Positions 11,134 to 22,114 are shown, counted from the first letter of the stretch. The stretch is DNA of 64,000 bases from an uncultured Spirochaetota bacterium (GCA_963827275.1 CAWHAA010000005.1:288001-352000); one strand, 5' to 3'. Numbers and translations are program-made. The notes: generated by a model from the sequence alone, not told the origin.

Positions 11134-12297
11134 ATGAAGAAAGTAACATTTATTATTATTTTGGCATCAGTGGTATTATTGCTGGGGGCGAAACCCGGTG
11201 ATAAGCTTAAGAAGAATTATCCCGAATTGTATGATGCATTCATCGGTGATTGGTATGTACTCTCGCCAACTGATGCTGGAAAATTACTATATCAATTTTC
11301 AATTAATAATGATGGCACTATAACAGGAAGTCTTGGAGAAAATAAATTTGATCGTAAAATTGAATGGTCTGAATGGTGTAACTGTGCTAATCAGGGCGGT
11401 ATTAGTTATGACTATTATTCGAGAAAACCAATAAAAAATGTATTAAAATCAAAGACAACGATAAAAGCGTATTGTTTTATATATTCTAACGTATTGAGTT
11501 TTAATAAATCAAGTAATATCGAGGAAGAAGGATATATTATTATTAATGAATCAGATATATCTCCATGGAAATTAAATGAAAGATATAATAAAATAAAAAG
11601 TCATCTCAAGTATATTATATTTGATTTTAATGGTAATAATAGTCCGGGTGATGTATCTTGTTTGGCAATAAAAGATAAAAATATACTTGATGAGTTTACT
11701 CAAACCATTAAGGAGCAAGAAACAAAATCAGGATTATTGACTAAAATCCCTAAATATTATAACAAAGGTAACTTTGGTGGTGGCTTCAAAGAATTCAAGT
11801 GGGGCATTACTAAAGATGAAGCCTTGAAATTAGGTAAACAATTAAGCTATACAATTGAAGAATATCCAGAGACACTTAATTTTAAAAAGGACGATGAATC
11901 ATTCTCGTTGATTTTCTATGATGGTTATTTATACAAAGTTAATAATGATTTAAAACTCTACGATGAAACTGTGAAAATATTATCAAAAAAATATGGGCAA
12001 CCTAAAGTCGTCATCGAGACAGGAAAGAAAAGTTATTTTTTGCAATCTGGAGGTTCGCATACTGTTCCAATAAAATATTATACTTACACTTGGTCAGATG
12101 GCATAACTTTAATAGAATGGGGTTATTCGCTTTATGATATCTTGCGTACCGATGGTGGATATCAAACTACTCATGACTATGATAATAAAATATATTATAC
12201 CAGTAAGTTGATATTAGACTTCAAGGAGAAAGTTGACGCTAAAAAAGAATTGGAAGAGAAAAAGAAACGTGATAAAGAATTACAAGAAAAACTTTAA
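11134..12297 (+). CDS. exported hypothetical protein
   Basis: Long ORF with signal-peptide-like MKKVTFIIILASVVLLLGA. Confidence 0.7.
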   Translation: MKKVTFIIILASVVLLLGAKPGDKLKKNYPELYDAFIGDWYVLSPTDAGKLLYQFSINNDGTITGSLGENKFDRKIEWSEWCNCANQGGISYDYYSRKPIKNVLKSKTTIKAYCFIYSNVLSFNKSSNIEEEGYIIINESDISPWKLNERYNKIKSHLKYIIFDFNGNNSPGDVSCLAIKDKNILDEFTQTIKEQETKSGLLTKIPKYYNKGNFGGGFKEFKWGITKDEALKLGKQLSYTIEEYPETLNFKKDDESFSLIFYDGYLYKVNNDLKLYDETVKILSKKYGQPKVVIETGKKSYFLQSGGSHTVPIKYYTYTWSDGITLIEWGYSLYDILRTDGGYQTTHDYDNKIYYTSKLILDFKEKVDAKKELEEKKKRDKELQEKL

Positions 12298-12337
12298 GAA
12301 TGATTTAGATAAATTATGATAAGGAATATTAATCTTG

Positions 12338-12365
12338 GGGCTGTCAACTATGACAGCCCTTTTTA
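12338..12365. terminator. intrinsic terminator between convergent genes
   Basis: GGGCTGTCA-acta-TGACAGCCC followed by a T run. Confidence 0.65.
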
Positions 12366-12373
12366 TTTTCAAA

Positions 12374-13415
12374 TCATTCCACAAGAAAGTTTTTCAATCC
12401 CGCCAAATAAGCCGAAGTTACAAGCACGGATGTATGCCCAAGTATTACTGAGAGCTGGTGGATATCTTTTGTTCTGTTGTAGAAATCGATTGCAAATCGA
12501 TGCCGAATTCAATGAGGCGAGTACTTCGTCTCTAATTTACCTCCCATCTCATCCTGAATCCTCCAGAGCCACATCGAGAAAGCACTGCCCGAGTAATCCT
12601 TGAATGGTTCCCGCCCTACAAGATTATATGATTTAAGGATAGCAAGAGTATCCTCATCAAAACGTCCATTGATCTCTTTCCCTTTTGACATTGCCCTGAA
12701 GTTGCCATCACGGTCTATTTTTAGAGAATTCAGGGAACCAACACGTAATCCGTATTTACGCAATATTCTCAAAGCACAAAGGGCTTTGATGTTTCCGTTA
12801 AGCTTCTTGAGTTGGCCACGGCCTGATACTTGTTGGGCTTCCTCTATCTGTTGTAGGGCATAGTTTTCAATACAGATCGAGTTCTTCATTCGAAGGGATT
12901 TGTTCAGCCTCTTTGATTGCGATTTTCTTTTTTGGGAGACCCTTGGCTCTTCTGAAAGGGTTCTTGAAAATAATCTCCCAACGTTCCAAGTCAGAAAAGA
13001 ATGAACTCGGAGAAGCAATTCGCTGGCGTTTGGTATTGCTTGAAAGCCTTTTATTGGAATTGAGATAAGCTATGTACTTATCGACAATGAGAGCATCAAC
13101 ATCTATGAGGGATGTGCCATTGAGCCATGTGAGGAAATAATTCAGATTTGCCTTGAAGCTCCGTATGGTGTGCTTGGATTGGAAACCTGATAACCATTGG
13201 TTCACAAGATCATCAACACCCTTTTTATCCAGCTTGGCTTTTTTAACTTCTCTACCGAACTCATTTTTTAGAGAGTCAATATAATATGCCTTGGCTATCT
13301 GCTGGATCTGCTTATCAGATAAGTCTGCTAGCTCAGGAGAGTCTAATATCTTCTGTATGGAGTCATTAATTCTTGTCGCTATCTCTTTCTTGGTATCATC
13401 ATTAATGGGGGTCAT
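12374..13415 (-). pseudogene. tyrosine recombinase/integrase with a frameshift near 12870 and an in-frame TGA at 12509-12511
   Basis: YGLRVGSL (R), SPH*IRHRFA (HxxR), LGHTSVLVTSAY (H, Y). Confidence 0.85.
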
Positions 13416-13754
13416 AAAGATGCCTCCTTTTTATAAATGTCATGATAATAGATACTATCATAACAAGTATAATGATACAAAAAATCCATATCTAAGTCAA
13501 TAGTTAGAATTAATAAATTATAATTTATAAGGAGGTGGTCAATCGATTTGGATAGTTGGAAATGAAATTCTCCATTATGGAGTGATATTTATAATGGGGG
13601 ATGAGAAGCAAATTTAATTATTATTGAAGTAAATAATATTTGAAAAGCAAGTCTCAATTATGAATATATGAGTTGGGAGATCATATCTTCCAAGAATAAC
13701 AAGTAAACCGAAATTTTCAAATGAGATGGCATATTATTTGTAGGATAAATAATC

Positions 13755-15497
13755 ATGAATATTGCATATTTAGAGAATCTAGATTTGTTACATGGGGATT
13801 TGTATTATGATGATATCAAATTGGATTTAAAAAGAAACACAATTCGTACATTAAAAAAAGAAGCAAAGTTGGAAACCAAACAAGCAAATGATTTGTATAA
13901 TGCATTGCCAATACAAAAATGGGCAAATAATAAATTATGGGTAAATTATGGAGAAATATACGATAAAGTTGAAGCAGTTATTATTGATAGTAAATTTAAA
14001 TTAAAGTATTTCAAAATAAAGGATCACGAACCACCGACTCTTTCATTGGTTATTGCAGAATATGAGTTCGCTACTTATGTGAACAGTTGTCCTGAAAAAT
14101 ATCCTGATTTTGAATTCCCTTATTTTTCATTAGATGATGATTATAATTATATTAATATTTTCTTAATAATTATATCAACTATTATTGCTCAGCATGTATA
14201 TGCTAAATGGGAATATATTAATAAGAATGCCTGTAATATAGAACTAGAAAACATGTTTATTATTCCTGCATGGGTTAGTTTATTCGCGCAGTTATTCTCG
14301 GGCGTGAGTGGAAAGAAATTCTCTCAATATTTTGAATTAAACAAGTGTGCTATTGATATAAAGGGAGGAATATTTTATTGTGATATCGAATTATACGATC
14401 TTACTGCATCCAGAGAAGCAAAAGGAAATCCAAAATCTGATTTTCGTATATTTGTTGATGAAAGTGACTTAATAAATTATAACTTAATTAAAAAATATAC
14501 TGAATCAACAATAAATGAAAATGAAGCAGATCTTAAAAATAAACAACAATTTGTTAAATTATTAGATAAAGTATTTTCTCCCAAAGGATTATTATGCTTA
14601 TTAAAAATTTTCTTATTTATTGAAAAAAGTGGTCGTCCTAATATAAAAGAGGCAAGCCTCGAGGATATATTTGTTGATATTAAAAAATCTACAATCAAGG
14701 AATATATAGAAATTATTACAGCATTAAGTATTATTAAAATAATGAAAGTGAATAAAAGCAGGGCAATTGGTTTTTTAGAATCTATTGAACTTAAACCGAC
14801 AAGAAGTTTACGTACCTATAGCATTAAAATTCGTTTATCTCGTCTCTATAAAAGATGCGTGGCAGGATATAACTGTTATATCCTGCCAGATGCCATATGC
14901 AATGAAATATTAAAAAATAATAAATTAAAATTCTTTTTACTAATATTCTTTTTGGAACAATGGGTTAAAACAAAACAACCTGAAATTGATTATAAAATTG
15001 ATGAATTAATTAAAATTGCTAAAATTGAAGATTATTCAGCAGGTGAAAGTGGTGGTATTTTTAATGTAAGACAATATGAGTTGCTTCTTGATACCCTTAG
15101 TTACATGAAGAGAAAAGGATTTATTGGAGATTTGCGTGTCTACTTGAATAATAAAGATAATATAATTTCCCTAAGAGATAAACCAAAAAGAAATGCGTGG
15201 AAGGATTATTCAATAACAATTACTTCTCCTGTATGGTTTGTGAAATATGCTATTGGGAATCATCAAGGAGAATATATAATTTTAAAAAAAGCACCTCCAA
15301 TAAAAACAATCACTGCGGCTAATATTAAAAAGTTTCGTGAAGTTGTAGAATGGACTAGTGTAAAACTTGCAAATAAATTAGAAGTTTCGCCTCGTTGGTT
15401 ACGTTTTCTCGAGACAGGACAAAAAAAGATCAGTAAACAAATTGAAGATAAATTACACAAAATACTTCAAGATATAATTAAAGAAAAAGGTTTATAA
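13755..15497 (+). CDS. large hypothetical protein with C-terminal XRE HTH
   Basis: 580 aa; IKKFREVVEWTSVKLANKLEVSPRWLRFLETGQKKIS. Confidence 0.7.
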   Translation: MNIAYLENLDLLHGDLYYDDIKLDLKRNTIRTLKKEAKLETKQANDLYNALPIQKWANNKLWVNYGEIYDKVEAVIIDSKFKLKYFKIKDHEPPTLSLVIAEYEFATYVNSCPEKYPDFEFPYFSLDDDYNYINIFLIIISTIIAQHVYAKWEYINKNACNIELENMFIIPAWVSLFAQLFSGVSGKKFSQYFELNKCAIDIKGGIFYCDIELYDLTASREAKGNPKSDFRIFVDESDLINYNLIKKYTESTINENEADLKNKQQFVKLLDKVFSPKGLLCLLKIFLFIEKSGRPNIKEASLEDIFVDIKKSTIKEYIEIITALSIIKIMKVNKSRAIGFLESIELKPTRSLRTYSIKIRLSRLYKRCVAGYNCYILPDAICNEILKNNKLKFFLLIFFLEQWVKTKQPEIDYKIDELIKIAKIEDYSAGESGGIFNVRQYELLLDTLSYMKRKGFIGDLRVYLNNKDNIISLRDKPKRNAWKDYSITITSPVWFVKYAIGNHQGEYIILKKAPPIKTITAANIKKFREVVEWTSVKLANKLEVSPRWLRFLETGQKKISKQIEDKLHKILQDIIKEKGL

Positions 15498-15805
15498 TAA
15501 ATCTTTTTCAATTCAATAGACTAAACAAACCAAACCCTCATTTATCATATCCAAATTGTCTTTAGGAACTAAAGACGACCATTCTTGCATTTCAAAGATT
15601 ACCATGATCTATTATGTACTCGCCAATAATGGTCTATTGAAGTATTATGTTTATGACTGAATAAATAACGAGGAGGTGATTAATGTAATTTAAGAATCTG
15701 GAAGATAATAAATGAAGTTGGTGTGTAAAAGATTGTTATGAAACAATAATATCTTTAGAATATTGGTGAGTATATCTCAATTTAAAAATTAATAGGAGAA
15801 AAAAG

Positions 15806-16261
15806 ATGAATATGTATGATTTTATTTTAACTAATGCTCGTTTAGAAGAAAAAATAAACCAAACAAGGCTTAAACTTGAGGAAAGTGCGTCCTCATTGGG
15901 TTCAATGGTTGAATTGTGCAAACCTGTGGTTGATCTTTTCCACAAGAATTTGCCTGACGAAATTAATCCATTAAAAAATACAGATTCAAGAATACCATTT
16001 TCCAAAGCTTTCATAATGGCGCGAATCATTCATTTAATAGGAACAGTAGAATTAAATGATGCTCTTATTGAAAGCATGGAGAATTGTGATGAAACAGAAC
16101 TGTATTATTTTCATTTCATGTGTGAAACTGAAGAAAGAAAAAAAATAATAATAAAGTCACATTTAGATTTTTTCCAAAAACATACGAATAATAATAACGA
16201 AAAAACTAAAAAAACTAAAAAATCAACAGGAGAAAATTATGGAAAAGCAAATATTAATTAA
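15806..16261 (+). CDS. hypothetical protein
   Basis: 151-aa ORF with AGGAG RBS. Confidence 0.6.
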   Translation: MNMYDFILTNARLEEKINQTRLKLEESASSLGSMVELCKPVVDLFHKNLPDEINPLKNTDSRIPFSKAFIMARIIHLIGTVELNDALIESMENCDETELYYFHFMCETEERKKIIIKSHLDFFQKHTNNNNEKTKKTKKSTGENYGKANIN

Positions 16262-16592
16262 TTATGAAATATTAGGCAAATATCAGGATGAATTAGGGAA
16301 CTTCGAGCCTGATGAATTGGAAAAATTGCTGAATAATTATAAAGCACTTTCAGAGTTTCAGGATGAGCTTGGAATGTATGAAACTGAAGAACTAAAAGAA
16401 GTGGTGAATAATTATATGACTCTTGAGAAACTTCAGGCTGATTTGGGATTGTGGGAGGCAGATGAACTAAAAGAAATGATTGGAGACCTTGATACTCTTG
16501 GCCAACTTCAGGATGATCTGGGAATTTGCGATACGGATGATCTTAAAAAGCATATCTCATTATTAACAGAGCTGAGGGAAATTGAAGCCTGA
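16239..16592 (+). CDS. acidic protein of four 25-aa repeats
   Basis: Repeat unit approximately NYxxLxxxQDELGxxExDELKxxxx; AGGAG RBS. Confidence 0.7.
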   Translation: MEKQILINYEILGKYQDELGNFEPDELEKLLNNYKALSEFQDELGMYETEELKEVVNNYMTLEKLQADLGLWEADELKEMIGDLDTLGQLQDDLGICDTDDLKKHISLLTELREIEA

Positions 16593-16660
16593 TATAATAA
16601 TGAGGATCACAGTACCATAAGGAGATAAACATAATTTAAACAAGGAGAAATGTATCGTTA

Positions 16661-16725
16661 AAGCAACATGGGTATCACCTGTAGTTGATCATGTAAACGA
16701 AATGCGGACGCTCCTACAATGGGAG
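16661..16725 (+). ncRNA. candidate structured RNA/leader, copy A
   Basis: Imperfect direct repeat of 17445-17515 with conserved hairpins. Confidence 0.45.
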
Positions 16726-16806
16726 GCTCGCGCTTTGTACAAAATTTAAAAGGTTTCTCTTTGAGGTGGGGGAAAGGTAAAATTTATAATTTCAAGGAGC
16801 TAGGAA

Positions 16807-17151
16807 ATGGACTACGGAACAGAGATTTACAAAGGCACAAAAATTATATGGGATGAAGATCATGATAAGAGAATTTGTATATTTATAGATGATCTTAAAG
16901 AAAAGTATCCAGATGTATCTTTATATTCTTGTTATGAACATAAAGGTTCAATTAAATTAATATTTAATAATTTTATACCATTGGAATATAGAGAAGGTAA
17001 ATTTATTGAAGTAATAGACGGAAAAACTTATATCTCATTAAGTGAAGAATACTTTGAAGACGAATGCTGCGAAGATGACTTTGAAGAGGAATTGTGTGAA
17101 GTAGATGCTCGAGACGAATGGTGTATAGAAGAATCTAAAATAAATAAATAA
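16807..17151 (+). CDS. acidic hypothetical protein
   Basis: 114-aa ORF with AAGGAG RBS; D/E-rich C-terminus. Confidence 0.6.
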   Translation: MDYGTEIYKGTKIIWDEDHDKRICIFIDDLKEKYPDVSLYSCYEHKGSIKLIFNNFIPLEYREGKFIEVIDGKTYISLSEEYFEDECCEDDFEEELCEVDARDEWCIEESKINK

Positions 17152-17348
17152 TAATATTAGTTTATAATAGCAAAGGGAGTTGTAGCGGTTTTCAGAAAAG
17201 ATTCTGGTTAATGAGAGCAATAATTTATGAATCAATCAGAGCTGTCCTCTGTAAAAGTCATGAGAAGATTGAAGGCCATGTAAACTAATAGTGGTAAGTG
17301 TTAAACGACGAATTATAGGTGGGAAGAAATGAATCGAATATAAAAAAC

Positions 17349-17392
17349 GGCTTCAAATAAATGATAATGTGATAATACATTTATTTGAAGCC
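17349..17392. repeat. perfect 15-bp inverted repeat with 14-bp spacer
   Basis: GGCTTCAAATAAATG / CATTTATTTGAAGCC. Confidence 0.85.
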
Positions 17393-17444
17393 AATAATTT
17401 CCATTTTAGTCTTATCAAGGAGAAAATTATGAAATAAAGGGCCT

Positions 17445-17515
17445 AAGCAACACAGGCATCACCTGTTGTTGAACATTTAGTTTCGTACTAAATACGGACA
17501 CTCCTGCAAGGGGAG
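17445..17515 (+). ncRNA. candidate structured RNA/leader, copy B
   Basis: Hairpins CAACACAGG/CCTGTTGTTG, ATTTAGT/ACTAAAT and CTCCT-GCAAG-GGGAG. Confidence 0.45.
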
Positions 17516-17768
17516 ATAAAGAAAATAAAAAGCAGGAGCGTCCTATGGATGTTATATTTCAGAGAATCATATTCTCTCCTCTCGGCATATTAATCTACAT
17601 CATCAACCGGATGGCGTTAGTGTCATCCTCTTCAATAGTATGGCTGGTTGTTGGCTCTGGCAACCATAACTTCCACTTCTATATGCCTCAAGCTCCTCCT
17701 TTCTATGAGATTATCAATCATAGCTTAGAAGATTTTACTAATAAAAAAAAGGGAATAGGAGTAGTATT

Positions 17769-19847
17769 GTGAAGCATATAGATATTAAACAACTCCAGAA
17801 ACATCTTGTAATAAAAGGGTTGGCTGGAACAAGAAAAACAGCATTATTAATCGCCATAGCTATACAGGCTGTATCTAAGGGAATGAAGGTTCTTTATCTC
17901 ACTTTTAATAAAAAAATACGTTTTGAGGTGATAGAAAGATCAAAATTAAGCAAAACCAAAGTACATACGTTCCACAGTTTTGCCTATAAGGAAATTATTC
18001 AAACGGACTTTCTAAATGATATTTTCAAAGACTTTTCGGTAGATGAACTAACTCAATATTTCGATGAGGATTATAAATATTTCTCATCAAAATCCAGTAA
18101 ACCTAAAGATTTATCCCAAAAGACATTGAGTGAACTTATTAGATGGTGGTGTGACTATTGTGAAAATAGTACTCAAACCAAGTATGATTTAATTATAGTA
18201 GATGAGTTTCAAGATTTGAATCCCAGTATGTTTAGGATGTTGAAAAAACTCTATATGATTAATAAGAAAAATGATGTTAAGATAATAGTAGCCGGAGATC
18301 CTTACCAAACGATATATCACTATCTGAATGGTTCAGATTCATCTGAGAATTACTTCAATACTTTTGGTAAATATTTTGGTGAATTTGAGACAATACATTT
18401 AGATCAATGTTATAGATGTTCTCCTGCAATACAGAGATTTGTTAATGGGTTCTACAGAAAACAATATATAAATTACAGGCAATTTGATTTAAATGGATAT
18501 CAAACCTCTGATTATTCGGAAGATGTATTTATTCATTTAATTCAGCACAGAAGATTAGTTAATGAAAAAGTATCTGAGATATGTAATCAATATCAGGGCA
18601 TAAAAATTAAAATTCTGGCACGTGTAAATAGAGAATTATCTCCATTTTCTGATTTAATTGCCAAGAATGATCTAATACAAACTTCTACTATTCACTCTGA
18701 AAAGGGCAATGAATGTGATGTTGTAATAATAGTTAATACCATATTTAATGATAAAATATCCTCTGAGGAAGACAAAAATCTGTGGAATGTAGCCATTACC
18801 AGAGGAAAGAAAACGGTGCATATTGTTTCCTCTTTTCCCAGCGAGAAGATATTGGATTTATTTGAAGCAGGAACTTATACTTTAATTTCCGAACAACATG
18901 ATCTATCTAATTCTACCATGGAAGACATTCCCCAAGAAACAATAAATTTAACTCCAGACAAGGTTAGAGAGTCATTGATTGATTCTGTGGAAGTCCAATT
19001 GGATTATGAGGATGCTCCATTTATTCCATATGAACAGCAGAATCTTAAAAAGAAATCTCGTTATATGACCAATACAAGGATCAAAGGTAAAAATATTGAT
19101 CTTGTACTTAATCAGGTCAAAGGAAAATTAAATTTCGAATATCTTGATTTAAACCAGTTGAAAAACCAAGGTTTTACTGATATACAAATTGTATCTTATA
19201 TTCTTGAGACCCAGAAAGAATACTTCAATTACAAGATTTCTGATGAAGAATTACTTTCACAAAAATTAAGAAGATTAGATCTGGCTAAATATTATGAGGT
19301 CTCTGGAACAGAAATATTGGATTATTTATCAATGGTATTAAAATTATCTAAATATTCTGACTCAGATAAAAAGACAAATTATTGTGGAGAGGAAGTTAAA
19401 ACAATTTATTTAAATTCTTCAAAGGCAAAAGAAAGAGGAATTAGGATTTATTTCCCCAAGTACAAAACTATTAATTCTTTAAATACTGATAAAAATATTA
19501 TTAAAGTTGAACTTTACAGAATTAGGAAATTGGGGATTAAAAAATTAGGATTATCAATTAAGAATGTTGGAGATTTATTAAGGTTTATAGATAATAATGA
19601 ATTAGAAAAACTTTATGATGAATGGATGAAATATGAATTTACATCTTTAACTGGTAAAGAAGTAAAGAATATTGAATTATTGAAGAAAAGAAGAAATATT
19701 TCAAGTTTGGAAGATTTAAGAGATTTAATTGATAGAGGTAATATTAAAATTAAAGATAAAAGAATTTATTATCATATTCTATTATCATTTATAAATGAAA
19801 GAGAAAGGAGGGAGATAGAGGAAATAGTTGGAAGTAAAAAAAGGTAA
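17769..19847 (+). CDS. UvrD/SF1 helicase with ~300-aa C-terminal extension (possibly Rep_trans-like)
   Basis: GLAGTRKT, TFN, TFHSF, DEFQD, GDPYQTIY, CYRCS, TIHSEKGNE, NVAITRGK. Confidence 0.85.
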   Translation: MKHIDIKQLQKHLVIKGLAGTRKTALLIAIAIQAVSKGMKVLYLTFNKKIRFEVIERSKLSKTKVHTFHSFAYKEIIQTDFLNDIFKDFSVDELTQYFDEDYKYFSSKSSKPKDLSQKTLSELIRWWCDYCENSTQTKYDLIIVDEFQDLNPSMFRMLKKLYMINKKNDVKIIVAGDPYQTIYHYLNGSDSSENYFNTFGKYFGEFETIHLDQCYRCSPAIQRFVNGFYRKQYINYRQFDLNGYQTSDYSEDVFIHLIQHRRLVNEKVSEICNQYQGIKIKILARVNRELSPFSDLIAKNDLIQTSTIHSEKGNECDVVIIVNTIFNDKISSEEDKNLWNVAITRGKKTVHIVSSFPSEKILDLFEAGTYTLISEQHDLSNSTMEDIPQETINLTPDKVRESLIDSVEVQLDYEDAPFIPYEQQNLKKKSRYMTNTRIKGKNIDLVLNQVKGKLNFEYLDLNQLKNQGFTDIQIVSYILETQKEYFNYKISDEELLSQKLRRLDLAKYYEVSGTEILDYLSMVLKLSKYSDSDKKTNYCGEEVKTIYLNSSKAKERGIRIYFPKYKTINSLNTDKNIIKVELYRIRKLGIKKLGLSIKNVGDLLRFIDNNELEKLYDEWMKYEFTSLTGKEVKNIELLKKRRNISSLEDLRDLIDRGNIKIKDKRIYYHILLSFINERERREIEEIVGSKKR

Positions 19848-20507
19848 TAAATATATATTATATTATAGGGGTGTTTTTTTATAAGATAAATGGACAAAAC
19901 ATGAATATTGTATAGTTTCGAATTTTAGATATGGAATCAAAATATGACAGGAGTAAGCATGGTTCAGGCGGTGTTAAAAAAACCCTGATTTGGTTCAATT
20001 ATTAGTAATAACTATACAATTGTTTGGTATTTATTTTAAAAATGTATTTAAGCAAGAGAGCCTGAGGAGGGTATAAATATTATGACCTGCTCGGTGCCGC
20101 TCTCAATAAGTTTGCAATTTATTTCGGAGAGAGGATGCCAGTGTGATCACTGCCATTTGCATAGAGATTCTGGCACCCTCTCATTGTACTCTCTCCAGAA
20201 CTCTTTAATAAAATATTCTACAGTTGATCCAGCCATTCAAAGATCATGAATGACAACATTCCTATTTTAAACCAGCTGAGGGTTGTCCAGCAGTCCCTTT
20301 TCCTTCATTCTGTGAATTACAAGCAAACCCTGAAATAATGCATAATAAGATAAATGATACAGCTATAATCTTTTTCATCCCTAACACCCCCTCCGTATTT
20401 GTAATAATTGGATTATCTCTTACAGTGTAATAATATTTATAGAGCCCTGCCGGTGTGCCATACCTACTTCAGATATAATAACTTGGCTCCCAAACAACAC
20501 GATTACC

Positions 20508-20581
20508 AAATTTTAAGCCTCTGTCCAGTACTTTTTGTGCGGGGGGCTTAATCTAAGAGGAAGTAATTGCTGAAAAAATGC
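20508..20581 (-). repeat. ~75-bp hairpin-forming repeat, copy 1 (inverted relative to copies 2 and 3)
   Basis: Reverse complement aligns to 22977-23053. Confidence 0.8.
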
Positions 20582-21035
20582 ATTCATTAACATGGGCCTT
20601 TACTTCTGAGGATGTAATTTCCTAAAAAGTTAAACTATCACGTGGCACAAATTTGGGGGTGGGATCACTTTAATAAACTTAATTGGTTCTCTATACATAT
20701 TCTGGATATTACAAATTTATTCATGCTTGATTGCGAACCAATTCATCATACAAGTCTATACACTAAATTTTCCCGTTGGTTATATTGTCATGTGCAGATA
20801 TTTCTTGACATTAGTCTTCTAATATTATGTATTATAAATAAGAAATTCCATCTGGGTGGGATGTGACTATTATAATTAACATATATCTATTATCTATGAA
20901 TGCATGAGAAGCTCTGATCTGGTTTTAATTCGAGTAGCACAAAGTATTTATTCCTTAGAAATGTATCTGCCTACACTCATATATTGGCATACATAAAAAG
21001 GCTGAACAATCACAATCAAAAGGAGACCAAATAAT

Positions 21036-21821
21036 TTGAAATATTTATTATTATGTTTATTACCTGTTTTTATGATTTCTGCCTGCTCAATAAAACCATA
21101 TTTAAAAGAAACCGATCTTCCCAATGGGATTAAATTATATTCAGCAGATAAACAATTCGTTGTCCATCCAGATTGTTATTGGAAACTTAGACCAGTAGTA
21201 GAAATTGGTCGTGAGTCAATTGATTATAATTATCTCAAACAATTAGATGCTGGATATAAGAATATTAGTTTAAACGTAATTGGAGAACTTGTTGATAAAC
21301 AGAATAAATTCTTTGTGGTTAATTGGCAACCCCATGGTTATTTTTTTATACTAGAAGATGATTATATATTTGTTAATAAATTTATAAAATATTTGATCCC
21401 TCTAGATTATGGTAATGACTCATATCATCCATCTGCATACGAGAACCAATTGTTTCCATATTATAAAGAATCGGGTAGAAATCTCAATATTATTTTAGAC
21501 GTTAATCTTTCAAGATCACTATTATATAACAATATACCTATTTCAAATATTAGATACTCACAAATTAATAATAAAATAATTCAACTTGCAGGGTATAATG
21601 GATTTGCAAACGAATTTTTAAACTTCACTGCATGCCCTCTTTTTGCACAATTCTCTAAAGGCGAATCATTATTATCAATTCATTCTTTAGCTGTTGAAAC
21701 AATTGGGGAAAAACCTTATACAAATCAACATGGACTGATGTTTATGGGTGTGCAATATCAGACAAAATTTATTATTGTTTGGCGGAACGGAGCATTTTAC
21801 GCTTTGCCATGTATTAAATAA
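21036..21821 (+). CDS. putative lipoprotein
   Basis: Signal peptide with ISAC lipobox; AAGGAG RBS. Confidence 0.7.
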   Translation: MKYLLLCLLPVFMISACSIKPYLKETDLPNGIKLYSADKQFVVHPDCYWKLRPVVEIGRESIDYNYLKQLDAGYKNISLNVIGELVDKQNKFFVVNWQPHGYFFILEDDYIFVNKFIKYLIPLDYGNDSYHPSAYENQLFPYYKESGRNLNIILDVNLSRSLLYNNIPISNIRYSQINNKIIQLAGYNGFANEFLNFTACPLFAQFSKGESLLSIHSLAVETIGEKPYTNQHGLMFMGVQYQTKFIIVWRNGAFYALPCIK

Positions 21822-21980
21822 TTTACTAACTTTATATTTTAAATAATTTGATGGTTGTTGATTTCTTTTATACATTCAATTCCAAACATCTATTGAATTT
21901 TGTGGTTATTATTTAAATCGTCAGATCGAGGACTTTTCTATTATCTAAAAGTGCGAAAGATATTGTACACTACCGAAGCA

Positions 21981-22034
21981 AACCCCTCTCAAGTGAAGCC
22001 TCCTCCAGCAGAAAAAGCGCTGGACAGAGGCTTA
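21981..22034 (+). repeat. hairpin-forming repeat, copy 2 (partial)
   Basis: AAGCCTCCTCCAGCAGAAAAAGCGCTGGACAGAGGCTT. Confidence 0.75.
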
Positions 22035-22114
22035 TTTTCATAATTCATCTTGACATTGTTATCTTATTTTGTTTAAAAATATTAAAAATAATTTTATAGA
22101 GGGCTAGCAGTAAA

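Noticed and set aside
12509..12511. In-frame TGA in the integrase as selenocysteine or recoding
   Set aside because: It is not a Cys-type position, the gene also has a frameshift, and TGA acts as a normal stop elsewhere in the window.
20259..20378. Minus-strand ~39-aa ORF with lipobox (MKKIIAVSFILLCIISGFAC) and good RBS
   Set aside because: Stops early; probably a decayed lipoprotein remnant, not enough to call.
20446..20457. CCTGCCGGTGTG resembling the comM target site (possible guide or secondary site)
   Set aside because: The match is too short and has no supporting structure; likely chance.
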